DNA from: Octopus vulgaris
Taxonomy: Eukaryota
Direction of reading: 5' to 3'
Length of the DNA stretch: 64,000 nucleotides
NCBI GenBank assembly: GCA_951406725.2
Contig: OX597825.1
Location: 10,416,001 to 10,480,000, forward strand
In this document: piece after piece, positions 23,980 through 37,949 of the stretch
Position numbering within the stretch: position 1 is the stretch's first letter
How the letters are laid out: each line of letters begins with the position of its first letter
Notes under the pieces: generated by a model
The model's input: only the letters and a program-made list of their open reading frames with translations
What the model was told of the DNA's origin: nothing
Database searches by the model: none
Position numbers and translations under genes: made by a program

Positions 23980-24083
23980 TTGTGTGTGTGTATGCATACA
24001 TATATGCGTGTGTATATATGTAAACCCACACAAGCATGGTTGTATATATCTGTCTTTTTATGCATGTATGTATCTCTGCGTGT

Positions 24084-24470
24084 GTGGAGGCGCAATGGCC
24101 CAGTGGTTAGGGCAGCGGACTCGCGGTCATAGGATCGCGGTTTCGATTCCCAGACCAGGCGTTGTGAGTGTTTATTGAGCGAAAACACCTAAAGCTCCAC
24201 GAGGCTCCGGCAGGGGATGGTGGTGATCCCTGCTGTACTCTTTCACCACAACTTTCTCTCACTCTTACTTCCTGTTTCTGTATTTCAAAGGGCCGGCCTT
24301 GTCACTCACTGTGTCACGCTGAATATCCCCGAGAACTACGTTAAGGGTACACGTGTCTGTGGAGTGCTCAGCCACTTACACGTTAATTTCACGAGCAGGC
24401 TGTTCCGTTGATTCGGATCAACCGGAACCCTCGTCGTCGTAACCGACGGAGTGCTTCCATCCATCCACCC
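24084..24470 (+). mobile_element. tRNA-derived SINE family B, full length, 12-bp TSD, (CCAT)n tail
   Basis: atctctgcgtgt at 24072-24083 and 24471-24482; intact A and B boxes. Confidence 0.9.
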
Positions 24471-24791
24471 ATCTCTGCGTGTACGTGTGTATGCGTGTTT
24501 GTGATTTAGATGAACATAAACTAAACAGCTTTGCATTTTAACTTTCGATATTTTACCTGGAAAAATAGCGGCAACAATCTACTTCGATTTACAAGGTATA
24601 CATACGCATAAATGTATGCATACATGCCTCTTTGAATCAATGTATTGGCTAATCGATCGATTAATTATCAATCAGTCTATAACCCTGTTAGTTTTCAATG
24701 TAACGCTTTTTTATTTGACGACTGCTGTCTCGCTATTCCATCTCAACTTTCTCTCTCTCCCTCTGCCTCTCACCCTCCCTCTCTCTCTGTA

Positions 24792-24835
<44 letters not shown>

Positions 24836-24927
24836 TGCCTTCCCTTTCTAATGCTAACGGACAATATAAATGTCAGTGGAACGGTAGCTTTGAAGAAACG
24901 AATGTACTCGTGTGTATATTTGTGTAC

Positions 24928-24977
<50 letters not shown>

Positions 24978-24979
<2 letters not shown>

Positions 24980-25135
24980 GACAGGCTTCTTTCTGTTAAC
25001 ATCGAACAATTCTACTCACAAGGCTTTGGCCAGCTCGAGGCTATAGTAGAAGACACTTACCCAAGGTGCCACGCAGTCGGACTGAACCCGGAACCATGTG
25101 GTTACTAAGCAAGTTACTTACCACACACCCACTCC
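24978..25135 (-). mobile_element. SINE family C, 5' half
   Basis: Reverse complement of the family C head up to its internal microsatellite. Confidence 0.8.
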
Positions 25136-25154
25136 ATTTGTGCGATGTTGTTTT

Positions 25155-25348
25155 CGTCACTGTCCCCAGCTTTCGTTCGCTATTCCCAGCAATTTCTCAC
25201 TGTTTACGCCAACAAAAGTGAACAACGTTATCGTTAAAGGCGTGAAATTGTAAGGACGTTTTGGATGATAACTGACGAGGAATGAGCAACGTCTGGTCTC
25301 GTGTGGGAATTTCCCGTTTGTTCCTCGTATTTCTGTTTAAATTTTGTA
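25155..25348. repeat. Dispersed repeat, second copy at ~46178-46355
   Basis: tcgtcactgtcccca..ttcgttcgctattccca...caaaagtgaacaa...gataactgacgag is shared by both copies. Confidence 0.7.
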
Positions 25349-25432
25349 ACTTATACGTGAACGTGTGTGTATGTGTGTCTGTCTGTCTGTGTGTGGGGGG
25401 GCGGATAAGGAAAATTCCAATCCCTATTGAAT

Positions 25433-25848
25433 TTACTCTCTTTTACTCTTTTACTTGTTTCAGTCATTTGACTGCGGCCATGCTGGAGCACCGCCTTTTT
25501 TTAGTCGAGCAAATCGACCCCGGGACTTATTCTTTGTAAGCCCAGTACTTATTCTATCGGTCTCTTTTGCCGAACCGCTAAGTAACGGGGACGTAAACAC
25601 ACCAGCATCGGTTGTCAAGCAATGCTAGGGGAACAAACACAGACACACAAACACATACACACACACATATATATATACATATATACGACAGGCTTCTTTC
25701 AGTTTTCGCCTACCAAATCCACTCACAAGTTATTGGTCGGTCCGGGGCTATAGCAGAAGACACTTGCCCAAGATGCCACGCAGTGGGACTGAACCCGGAA
25801 CCATGTGGCTGGTTAGCAAGCTACTTACCACACAGCCACTCCTGCGCC
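25433..25848 (-). mobile_element. SINE family C, full length
   Basis: Near-identical to 4835-5268 in the opposite orientation. Confidence 0.88.
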
Positions 25849-26667
25849 TTGTGGATAATTATTCATCAGAAATGTCTATCGGAATTTTTTTCGTTAAATG
25901 TCCTGAAATTGAAGTCATTTACCTTACTTCTTGGTCTTACTTGACGCTGGTATTTTAACTATAGATACTAAGAGAGTAGTAACCGTGTTGTACAAAACTG
26001 TGTCTCTATAATTCATTGATGTATAGATGTTTTATCACCCCCGGCTCATCCAATTAGTTTCTTCATTGTTTGATCTACACTCTGTGGATCATCAGCTACT
26101 TCAGAGTCATCTCAGATCACATAAGCATACAACAGTGAATGTAGATCAAGTGAACAATGAATGATGGGATAGTTGTTGCTGTTGCTGTTATTGTTATTGT
26201 TGTATAAAAACCAGTGAATAAATTGCGCGGGCAAAACGCCTGTCTTTTCAAAGAAATCGTCTTAATGTTGCTAATTCAAGAATTGGAGAAACTGGTCGTC
26301 GCTCCATCATAGAACCACAGACCAAAATAATAAAATGGTTTAGGCTAAGGCGGTGCGTTGAACTATAGGTCAAGAAATTTCATTTGTAATTCTTACTTTA
26401 GTTAAGATAGATGAAGGCTCTGCTTTTGTCATTTATTATGCAATCTTTATCAAAATTTAGTAAATCACTGCTCGAATTATTTTCATGATACTATGCAGTT
26501 AAACCGGACAACGTCGGCTACATCTGTTAATAGAAAATATTTGTTTATGTGGTGAACAGGATTAAACACTCGGCTCCTTCTCATCTTTTATATTTTTAAT
26601 TAAATATTTCTAATTATCTTAAGAGTGTTTGTAGTGTCTTTGCTTTCTTCTTTACTTTTTTCTTTTT

Positions 26668-26833
26668 TCTTTTTACTTGTTTCAGTCATTTGACTGCAGC
26701 CATGCTGGGGCACCACCTTGAAGGGTTTTAGTTGAACAAATCGAGCGCAGAGCTTATTTTTTAAGCCTAGTACTTATTCTATCGGTTTTTCTAAAGAACC
26801 GCTGTTACGGTGATGTAAACACACCAACACCGG

Positions 26834-26835
<2 letters not shown>
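26668..26835 (-). mobile_element. SINE family C, 3' fragment
   Basis: ttacttgtttcagtcatttgactgc...tagtacttattctatcgg. Confidence 0.75.
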
Positions 26836-26882
<47 letters not shown>

Positions 26883-26995
26883 GATATGTAACTGTAAGAT
26901 TCAAGGATCTAGGTGTAAGAAGATAGTATGCTTCGAGCAGTCTGTTGTAAGTATAAAAAACAACATTCAGAAACAATAAGAGTTTATTGGCGTAG

Positions 26996-27092
<97 letters not shown>

Positions 27093-28233
27093 GAATTAGA
27101 AAGAATACATTCGTTACATAAATAAAACACTTCAGAAAAGAAGCCAAAGAATGGTAAGTTCTTGAAAATAGCTAAAGTCTACCTAGATATATGTCGTTAT
27201 TGATCTAGAGAAAAGTCTTCAGCTTCTCCTCTGTAAAAGACGAATCACAAACAGAAGTTTACAAAATGCAACAAAAATCAGTGAATAATAGTTATATAAA
27301 TATGTTAGTAGACAAGACTATACAGAAACACATTTAACGGAAGAAGAGAAAGCGGTAAAAATCACTAAAAATACAGTGAAGACAGACAATGTAAAATGTA
27401 CACAACTCAGACGTATAGTCGAGTATTAATAATATACTACAAAGACAAAACAAAGAAATTCAGAAACCTCGTCATCGTCAAATCTCCATACCTGCAGCTC
27501 ACTGAACAAACTGGAGACGAGTGATGCAAATTAGAAATATACGGAAAATTTATGTAATTGTTGGCTTGATATCTTACAGTGAACATGAAAGTGTAGCATA
27601 TTCAAGGAACAATTGCAATGCATTGTGTTGCTGAATTGAAAACAAAATTAAAATCTAAAATCATGAGTAGGTAAGTGGGAGTAGACGCCGAAAATTAGGG
27701 GGTTTTCTTTATGTATAGAATACAATATGGAATCAGAAATATTTCATAATGATTTTATTTAGTTCAACGTGGGTGGTTGACATTAGTTTTCAAAAAACGC
27801 AAGTAGGCAAAAAGCAGAAGAATATTATAAATGATACGTGGGTAACGATTAGTTTTAAGCTGCATTTAAAAGACAATTAAAAGACTATTACACACACACA
27901 CAGCTTTGAGACATTTTGGCGCCGCTGATTCGGTGCTGACTTATTATGTACACTAGTAGAACGATTTTCTGCTAGTCTCTTGATAATATTTTTACATTTG
28001 ATTCCCAATTCTGATAATTTTCATATTTTACCTCTAATTATTTCTTTGTATAATAGTGCTCACTCGCTTAGTAAATATTGCTTTCATTATTTTATCACAG
28101 TCTTAATCTCTCTTTTTAAAACAAACTTCAAGGTAGTCCAACAACAGAGGGAGTAGCAGTTTGTCAAGTTTTACCTTCCCCTAAAAACAACATAGAGATT
28201 TCAATTCAGCGCGCCCATCTGTAAGCTTGGCAG

Positions 28234-28273
<40 letters not shown>

Positions 28274-28389
28274 GGAGAGAGAACATAGCAAACAATGAAT
28301 GGAGAGATAGGGAGAGAGAACATAGCAAACAATGAATGAAATAAACATGAAATGAAAAAATCGTACAAATAAGAGAGCATTACGACAGA

Positions 28390-28833
28390 TATATACCCTC
28401 CCGACTTTGTTGCCTCATAACATCCAGAAAAATGGATGTTTTTTAACAAAATTTTCTACAAATACCGCCTAGATGTTGTGGCTTCAGAGTATATAGGGAT
28501 TTATGTGAAAGAATCTTTTCGAGGGGGTGGAGAGAGGGACTTCAGAAAATTCACACGATCTGACTTTCTTCCCTCATAACTTTCAGGAAAACGGATACCT
28601 TTTAATGAAAATCTATACGAATCCCTTTCAAACGGTATAGATTACGATTATAAAGAAATTTATGGGGAATATTTTTTTCGGGGATTTTTCGCACTTTTTT
28701 AAACCACAGCCTTCGAAATAATGTGGTGGGGGGGGTCATCTTCGTACGAAAAGCGTTTTCAAAACTCTTTTTTTAAGATCATGAGCCATGAGAGCCACTG
28801 CCTGGTGCTGCACCAGGGCATTTTATAATTAGT
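28390..28833 (+). mobile_element. Possible non-autonomous Helitron-like element
   Basis: Two ~160-bp internal subrepeats (gacttt..cctcataac..cag.aaaa.ggat) and a 3' hairpin CCTGGTG-ctg-CACCAGG (28801-28817) shortly before a TTAG end. Confidence 0.4.
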
Positions 28834-29159
28834 AGTAGTAGTAGTAGTAGTAGCAGCAGCAGCAACAGCAGCAGCAGTAGTAGTGGGGGTGATGGTGGTG
28901 CTGGTGCTGGTGGTTATAGTGGTGGTGGTGATGGTAGTGGTGGTGGTGGTGGTGGTAGCAGCAGCAGCAGCAGCAGTAGTAGTAGTGGTAGTAGTAATAG
29001 TAGTAGTAGTAGTAGTAGTAGTAGAAAAGCAGTGAGCTCTTCGGCTAAAATGTTTCGTGGCATTTCATCCGTCCTTACGTTATAAGTTCAAATTCATTGA
29101 GGATGTAATCGACTTGACCCCTCCACTGAAACTGCAGACCTTGTGCCAAAATTTGAAAC

Positions 29160-29279
<120 letters not shown>

Positions 29280-29341
29280 CATTATTATCATCATCATCAT
29301 CATCATCATCATCATTATTATTATTATTATTAATATTATTA

Positions 29342-29625
29342 TTACCCTGCGCGCGTAAGCGAAAGCAAGGTATTATAATCACACGTCTTTATTTGTCTAT
29401 ATGTTTGCAAAATTCCTGGAAAACGGCTGAACAGATTTTCACCAAATTTGATAAAAATACTCATTGAAGGATTGGCTCAAAATGATGAAAATCTGGTTTC
29501 ATTATCTTCAAAATTGGCCAATAGGCGAATGAAGACGTGTTGACTTTATATTTTTTGGCGAAAGAATTTATGCGTGCGCAGGATATACATCATATTGGCA
29601 CGTTCTCAGCACAAGAATCTATTAG
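29342..29625 (+). mobile_element. DINE-1/HINE-like (Helentron-associated) non-autonomous element
   Basis: Subterminal inverted repeat taccctgcgcgcgtaa (29343) and ttatgcgtgcgcaggata (29568), plus the typical aaacggctgaacagattttcaccaaattt motif. Confidence 0.55.
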
Positions 29626-30221
29626 TAGCACATAAAAACATACATGTACTGTGTCTATTTAATACTATTTACCTCTCACTATCACGGAACACTACACGTT
29701 AGTCCACCCTGTCGCATGGGGGAGGGGTTTCAGGATTCTCCATTAAATCTTATATACTCTGAAATTTATATAATCTTTTTTATATTATTATATTGTTATC
29801 ATAGTGCTGAATTTATAGTAACAATTCCGCTTTCTCCCATGTATACCGTACTCTGAAATATACTTCACGATACTTATAAACTAATAATACTACTTTAAAT
29901 TTATATTTTACTGATTAACGCGTGCATTTATATGTATATTTGATATAGTTTGTATTTTGTTTTCTATCGGATTAATTATAATCTATGGTAAGAAAGATTT
30001 TATGTATCATGTACTAATATCCTTTAATAAGTATAAATACTTTACTATATATCATAATCTTCAAATTCTCAATACCAATGAATCTGAGCTTCCGGTCGAT
30101 TTTATCTATTCTATTCGCCTCAAGTCTTGGGAATTGGCTTGAGAATTTATACCATACTGCTTTCTTATTTTCTTATTTTTCGTATATTTTTTATACATGG
30201 TTATTATATGTTCTTTCATTA

Positions 30222-30300
<79 letters not shown>

Positions 30301-30706
30301 AATTTTCCAATTTACCTTGTACTCGCTATTGTACTTTATCCTATTACAGTACCTTGTTTTATTTTATTTGTATTTTATTTTATTCCATCATACTATTTCT
30401 AGCTAGTTCTTAATTATTTTTTAAATCTTACGATATTACTTTCATTTTCACTATCTATCAATTCCATTTTTTTTATTATCCAAATTTTTTATTATAATCC
30501 TTCTTTTATTATTATCCATTTGCTTTCATATAATTTTTTAAATTCTATGATTTTTATTGTATTTTTTTTATTTATCTAACTATTGATACGTTGGCCACTC
30601 TTCTTGTTTCATACACAACCCCCATCGTAGAATCGCAGACTTATTTCTCGCCTTTATGGTCATTTGACTTTTAAAGAAGGCATATAGAAGACAGCGAAAT
30701 AAGTAA

Positions 30707-31097
30707 ATATATAAAAGTCAAGTTGTGTGTCTGTCTCCTACGATTTAGATTCCTAACTACTCCCACATTTTGCGGTGCAGTTTAACCAAAACCGGGTATC
30801 TTATAGTCGTGATTCATATCGAGCCCTTCTGGGTATTAGCGCGCGTCTACGATGAGTCTACGATTTAAAAAAAATTTACCATTATTTTTTCCATTTTAAT
30901 GCATTTTTTCGCTATTATATAAGGGAAGTAACTCTCTAAAAATGTCTACGATGAGTCAACGATTTTTTAAAAAATTCACCATCATTTTTTTTCCATTTTT
31001 AATGCATTTTTTTGCTATTTTTTGGCTATAACTCTCTAAAAATGCTTATATAGTTATTTCCTTTACAAACCCGAGAAATGCCGGGCGATACTACTAG
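30707..31097 (+). mobile_element. Non-autonomous Helitron
   Basis: 5' atatataaaa start; 3' hairpin cccg-agaaatgc-cggg followed by CTAG|T at 31094-31098. Internal ~100-bp tandem duplication (gtctacgatgagtc at ~30845 and ~30944). Confidence 0.75.
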
Positions 31098-31392
31098 TAA
31101 ATAAATATATAAATAACTGGGTGATCTTACCCTTTGTACTTAGTCCAAAAACCGCATGTTCAATAGAATTAAAAGATAAAAGAAACTAACTCTGAGTTGT
31201 AAGGACGAGATGCTTCGCTGATTCCCTCCTTCATCCCTATAAATCTTCGTTACCTCCTACCCACACATGACATCGCGTTTTCTCCTATAAAACTACCAAA
31301 CTGAACTAATAAATTCAATCTATGACCAGCAAGGATCATAGAACGATGAAGATGTACATCCCGTTGGTTTTTTAATTTTGTGGTTCATGTAC

Positions 31393-31477
31393 TCACCTGA
31401 AGAAAACGGTTTTTCCTAATGATGTAATGTTCCCATTAATCAATTAATTAAAGATTCTTTGGAAACAGCTGTAGTGA
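31393..31477 (+). ncRNA. Penelope-type hammerhead motif with decayed stem II
   Basis: tcac-CTGAAGA-(~58 nt)-GAAA-CAGCTG-T-A-gtga: intact boxes, palindromic ACAGCTGT stem III, stem I tcac/gtga. Stem II pairing is unclear. Confidence 0.55.
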
Positions 31478-31539
31478 ACTGACACATATCCATCTGTTGT
31501 TATTTATGCATTACATATAATATATATAGAGAGAGAGTG

Positions 31540-31888
31540 GGTGTGTGGGAAGTAACTTGCTTACCAACCACATGGTTCCGGGTTCAGTCTCACTGCATGG
31601 CACCTTGGGCAAGTGTCTTCTACTATAGCCTCGGGCCCACCAAAGCCTTGTGAGTAGATTTGGTAGGCGGAAACTAAAAGAATCCTGTTGTATATATATG
31701 TATATGTGTGTGAGTTTGTCCCCCAGTATCGCTTGACAACCGATGCTTGTGTGTTTACATCCCCGTAACTTAACGGTTCGGCAAAATAGACCGATTGAGG
31801 CTTACAAAGAATAAGTCCTGGAGTCGATTCGCTCGACTAAAGGCGTTGCTCCAGCATGGCCGCAGTCAAATGACTGAAACAAGTAAAG
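31540..31888 (+). mobile_element. SINE family C
   Basis: Homologous to 4835-5268; runs directly into a family D element. Confidence 0.85.
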
Positions 31889-32088
31889 TGACCTCGTGTG
31901 TACCGTTGGCGATTTTTTTTTCTTCTGTCTTCCCTTCTCTGGATCTTTCCTTCTCCTATGTTTCCGACGAAGAGCTCCGCTCGAAACGTTAAACCCACCT
32001 TCTTTCCTGAGCGTCCAATAATACTATATTTGTTCTACGTCCTCGCGTTATTGTGTTTTTTTGTGCTTTCTTGTTTGGATTAACTTTA
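31888..32088 (+). mobile_element. Short hammerhead-containing element (family D)
   Basis: Near-identical to 540-745. HHR motif at 31960-31994; followed by (TA)n. Confidence 0.7.
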
Positions 32089-32135
<47 letters not shown>

Positions 32136-32202
32136 CACATGTATATACATATATATACATACATACATATATACTATATATATACATACATACATACATA
32201 TA

Positions 32203-32248
<46 letters not shown>

Positions 32249-32683
32249 CTCTTCCTGATAGTAAACTACAATTTGTCTATAGAAATTTACTCATTAGCAC
32301 ACGTGGGTGTGTGAGGAGGAATACGAGATCTCATTCGTGTGTTTGAATTCGAAAGTACTGATCGTTAGATGTGTGTTGTCTGATGTCGCCTGATCAGATA
32401 AGGTATGTTTAATTTCTGCAGTGCTCTCAAATTTAAGATAGGACCTCTCTGTGAGTATCACTACCACAGCTGGTCCTACAATGACACGTGACAGCTTCTT
32501 GATATTCTATTCGCACCAAGCACAGTCATTCTCAATCGCGGGTCGCAAATTTCTTAAATGTAATAGCATAACTATTCTTTCATTTACCTCATTTTTATTT
32601 CAGTTATTTTATTTCATTCCAATTCCTTCATTTCCTTTGACAAATCTTATGTTCAAGAAAATGTCTCAGAGATAAGAATCCAA

Positions 32684-33005
32684 GGGTGTAATTTACGATT
32701 ATGTTGATACAGTTTACGATTTCGTTTTCTTTTGAAGAGTTTCAGATTGTTCTCTTCGACATTTTTTTGTTGCCACCAATTTCTGTAACTTCAGCATTTT
32801 AAATACTTTTTAAAGACATCTTTGCTTCGAACATCAACATTATGCAATGTATTTCTCGATGATTTATTTCTGAAAAATATTATCTAAAAAATATGCATTT
32901 TAATGAGAACTTCTATATAGAAGCAAATCTAGAATGTAGGATTGATCTGAAACTTCTAAAAAATATTTGTTCTAAATTTTATTATCATAATCGTAAATTA
33001 TACCT
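32684..33005. mobile_element. MITE with ~20-bp TIRs (possibly PIF/Harbinger-like)
   Basis: GGGTGTAATTTACGATTATG (32684-32703) and CATAATCGTAAATTATACCT (32986-33005), an 18/20 inverted match. Confidence 0.5.
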
Positions 33006-34290
33006 TCAAAAATGAATCACTGCAAAATTTATTTTAAATCAGCATTTTTTCAGAAAGTTATGAGGAAACAACTTCGGAACAACACTAAACTTTATTTATA
33101 CCGAAATTTCGTACAAGTAAAAAACAAAATCGTTACTACATTTACAAATTATTATATTTTTCTGTTAAATAAAAAGTGTAAAGTTTTTAGTTAAGAAATT
33201 TCACTATGATTTTTCTTTTTAAGTATCTCCTCCTTTTAGCTGAACTTGTGTATCACTGTATACACTGTCGTTCTAAATTTGATTCTTTCCATTTACATTC
33301 AACTCACGCGCAAACAATTTTGTGATATAATTTGAGCTAATAAATATATTCTCTTTGCAAGGCGGCAAACTGGTAAAATCGTTACCACACCGGGAAAAAA
33401 ATTCTTTGCAGCGTTTCTTTCGACTCTACATTCTGAGTTCAAATACCGTGAGATCGATGATAGAAGTATTCTTTTCTACTCTGGGCACAAGGCCCGAAAT
33501 TTTAGGGCCCAATCGATTACATCGACCCCAGTGCGTAACTGTTACTTAATTTATAAGTATTAGTTGAGTAATGGGGTCGATGATGTAATTGACTTACTCC
33601 TCCCGAAATTACTGTCCCAAAATTTGTAATCAATAAGTATTTTCTCTTTGTCACTGTAATGCAAATTAGACTGGCCAGACTAAAGGAGTACATTTGTTTA
33701 ATATAATATAAATAAATGAAAACTACATATCTTTCCGTGGACAAAAGGGGGGTTACCTTTCTGTGATGAAGATATAACAATCTAGAACTAATTGAAGTCA
33801 ATCCTACTTCTAAAGAAGCAATAAAACTTAAGGTATAAGCACAATTATAATATCTCCTTATTTTCTCACAGTGAGGCTAAAATTTTATGCTGATTTATTT
33901 CATTGCTGTATTTTACATGTCGACAGGTATATATTACTGCAATCGAATATCTCATATTAAATCACAAATGAGTAGAAATAGTTTAACCATTCTACTTTGA
34001 TGTACAATAATTAATGATATTTTAAAGTACATGATCATGTTTCATTAGAAATGTGTGATTTATCATTTGACTGGCAAGTAATGAAATATGACAAGCATGA
34101 AATATGATTGCCATTGTGAGAAAGGTCCATGGAAACAAGATGTAGATGGACATTATTCACACGCCATAATCCAAGATAGACAGGCGTACATGCACACGCG
34201 CATAAAGACACAGACACACGCAGGCGCTCACATACATCCATGCACACAAACTCACACACTTATACATACATATATATATACATATATATA

Positions 34291-34357
<67 letters not shown>

Positions 34358-35320
34358 ATATAAATGTTGACATATATTTATTAATATGATGTGTTTTACG
34401 TGTCTTGAATATAGTTTCATATTTTGAAATGTAAGCCTTATTTGTGTGTGTATGTGTGTGTGGGCGAGAGAAAGGGTGAGAAAGAGTGAGAGAGAGAGAG
34501 AGAGAGAGAAAAAGGAAAAGAGGGAAAGAGTAAGAGAGAAAGGGAGAGAATGCTTGATAGAGCTTATAGCACATCGCAATAATTGTTGATATTTTCATAA
34601 CCACACTTATAACATAAAACTTAATTATGGTTTGATAATGTTGTTAGCGAACAGCGAGTAATTAAATTGCTGATTACTTAAAAATAGCTACAAATCAATT
34701 GAATTAATTTAAACTTCGTATGTCATGTATTACTGAAGAGTAAATCCAAATTATTTGTTTTTAAATTGGAGTATCATATCAAATATGAAATAGTCCTTTT
34801 TCTTAATTAATAATAATGATTGCTATTAAAAAATGACAGATATTTTGTTTTGACCACTGAAGTAAACATAACACTATCTTAGACATATTTTTATAATCCA
34901 TTCGCGAGATAGCCTTAATTTGAAATCGATAACCAGGCTTATACAGAGAGTTTCATAATTTTTTTTTCATATAGCATCATTATTTATATGTGCTGTGGAT
35001 ATATAGAAAGCTTGATAATTTCTGCAATAAATATCCTAATTATTTTGCTGGATCTTGCTAGGGTCATTAGTTTTATGCTTATAGCGTGCTTTCACTTCAC
35101 TACCGTGTGCAGCTGGTTTTATTTCAATTCTTTTATTATAATCATTATCATTAATCGGAGTTCAAATGCCGCTGGGGTCGACTTTACCTTTCATAATATC
35201 AGAGTCGATAAAATAAAGTACTAGTTGAGCACCGGGATCAATGTAATCAGCTTATCCTCGTCCGTAAAACTGCAAACCTTGTGCCAAAATTTGAAACCAT
35301 TATTGTTATTGTTATTGTTG

Positions 35321-35380
<60 letters not shown>

Positions 35381-35381
<1 letters not shown>

Positions 35382-35697
35382 TTTCCTTCTTTCTTCAAAT
35401 TTTCTTCCGTTTCTCGCCGAGTGTTTTCCCTACACCTAGGGCAGAGAAGCTCATTGTAAGCATTCCAAGATTACGCACGCAAATTCACAGATAAATAAAT
35501 TCATGGATGGATGTTGTTTTCACAGCGATAGTGCTCCTCTCAGTACGTGAGCCGTTCAAGTTAACACGATTTTTTGCACTTCCTGTAGGGATGGTAAGCC
35601 TGGTATCATTTTCAAATAGGTTTCAGTACCTTTTTTTATCATTCCTAGAGCTCCTACAATCACTGGTACTGTAGTCGCCTTGAGATGCCACAATCTA
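35381..35697 (-). mobile_element. R4/Dong-like retrotransposon 3' fragment
   Basis: Encodes RLWHLKATTVPVIVGALGMIKK...LQEVQKIVLT, the C-terminal RLE region, plus 3' UTR. (TAA)n on both sides. Confidence 0.85.
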
Positions 35698-35726
35698 TTA
35701 TTATTATTATTATTATTATTATTATC

Positions 35727-36690
35727 ATTTTTTTTTTGATCTGCATGTTTGTTACAGTCACTTGTCGAGACGCACACAACGCGCTGGGGCGTGAGAAGGA
35801 TAAGGGATGTTACACTATGACTAAAAACTTGGGGAGGGGAAGTAGCGAAAATATCTTCATGCAGTACAACACACATTTAAATGGATAGCCTTTTTCTAAG
35901 GATGTGGGCAGTACTTGCCAGCACAATCTTTTGGATTTCTCTGAGACATGGTTCTCCTGGGATCTTATCTAGATGTTTCTGACATCCCTTTTTTTTATCA
36001 TATCTAGGACACCTACAATAACAGGAACAGTTCTCGCTTTAAGAGGCCACACTTTTTGTATTTCAATTTCTAGTTTTTTTTATATTTACTCAATCTGTCA
36101 AATTCCTTTACAGATATATTTTTATCAGTGGGAACACTTACATCTATTAGTCTACAAGTATTTTCTTCCCTGTCTTTAATAGTTATGTCTGGTCGATTAG
36201 CCTGGATCGTTCTGTCAGTGTTGACTTAAAAATTCCAGAGAATAGTGACATTTTTACCTTGAACGACTGGCACAGGATGATGTTCATACCAATAAGCAAG
36301 AGTGCTGTTTTGTAGTATTTACATATTTTCCAATGTAAATACTGTCCTACCCTATCGTGGCGATTTCTGTATTCATTTGGTTTCAGTACAGGACATCCCA
36401 GAGTGAAATGGTTTATTGTCTCATCAAATGTATCACAGAATCTGCATTTAGGATCAAAACCGTTTTGAAGAACGTTAGACTGGTAGTTTTTGTGAGCAAG
36501 CTTTGATCTTGTGCCGCCAATATGAAACCTTCAGTCTCTCTTTCATTCCTGAACCTCTCAGCCACTGATGGGTTGTCGTTTGATCTACATCAGCATTTCG
36601 ACTTCGAAGTATATACAGTCCATGCAGGGGCTTCTGGCTCCACCGCTCCTCAGTTTATTTCTGTCTGTTCTTCTTTGCAATGTTCTAGGT
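35727..36690 (-). mobile_element. 5'-truncated R4/Dong-like RLE retrotransposon (third subfamily)
   Basis: Minus strand encodes ETEGFILAAQDQ...CRFCDTFDETINHFTLGC (CCHC), RHDRVGQYLHW, NRPD and TAHILRK, with stops and frameshifts. The 3' end abuts (TAA)n. Confidence 0.88.
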
Positions 36691-36734
36691 TGGTATATAT
36701 ATATATAATAAACCATATTACCCGAACACTATTT

Positions 36735-36850
36735 TATTGGATCTTGGAAAGGGTAAGCTTTGAATAATAGCGTGTAAGGATTGGATTTTTTTTAAAAACC
36801 TTTGCATAGCTTTCCTTCTTCAAGATTCAACGTTCCACCCAAAAATTACA
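36735..36850. repeat. Dispersed ~115-bp repeat, second copy at ~44605-44720, both ending in (CA)n(TA)n
   Basis: tattggatcttggaaagggtaagctttgaataatagcgtg...cttcttcaagattcaacgttccacc is shared by both copies. Confidence 0.8.
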
Positions 36851-36877
36851 CACACACACACACACACACACAAACAA

Positions 36878-36916
<39 letters not shown>

Positions 36917-37949
36917 AATTATGCTTGCAACGATTTCTTGATACAGTCCAACATTTGAACGAGAATTTTTCTTAAATTAAACATTATTAATTGCATAATT
37001 TTTTTTTTTTAAAAAGCAGAATAACATGACCATTTAGGAAAGAAGTTTTCCTCGTGTGTGAATTTTCCATTTGTTCCTTTCTTATGTTACTGTTTCAATT
37101 TTAGAGCTTTTTATTTAATATAGCGCTTGGCACCCTTATTGTGACCCACTCAGTCGAATATTTTTGTGGGACGTCTGTTTCTATCAGTTTCTCTTCCATT
37201 TCTCTCTCTCTCTCTCTCTCTCTCTTCCACTTTCACCCAACTTTCGTCTACATTACACTGTTTTTTTACCAAATTGAAAAATGGAACACCGTAGATTCTC
37301 TCTTTTTAATTCTTTTTTGCAATCCAATATGGAGTTTGCCTTGTATATGTCAGTTAGTCTACATTTAAACTGACGTTCACATTGTTCGGAACTTTCGGAA
37401 TATATTTTAATTCACTATAAATGTATCTAAATGATGGCGTCTATACTTTATAGTTTAAAGATTCGGATTGATAAAACTCCCGATGCACAACGGATTTGAT
37501 GTCGTCTGCCAGAGGGCATTGGCTTTCACAATATACCACCTTTACTAGAAGGATTTTATTCATTTATATATTCATCCAATATGTTTTACAACAGTTTTTC
37601 TGCCTCCGGAAATTTTGACAGGAAATTTTGCTAAGACAGCTGCAGGCCACATTCATTGAGTCTCTCGTTGTAAACCAGGAAAATACAAGACTAAAAGTTT
37701 TATAACATCTGACCTTTCTAAACTTACATGAATAAATACTTTCTGGGAATTTGGTACACGACTTGTATAAACAGCAGGAAGTGCGGCAGATTCTATCAAG
37801 AATATAAAATGTCTATCGTTATATAGCAAGTAAATATCAATTGAAGAAATATATTTTAATCATTTGCATAAACTGTAATTAAATGTGTATATAAGAATAG
37901 TTTATATACATGCTTATATGGACCGCTGAAATCTACAGGGTTTTTTTTT

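Noticed and set aside
24084-24155. tRNA gene
   Set aside because: The tRNA-like sequence is the head of a multi-copy SINE with a TSD and lacks a complete acceptor stem. The same applies to the other A/B-box heads.
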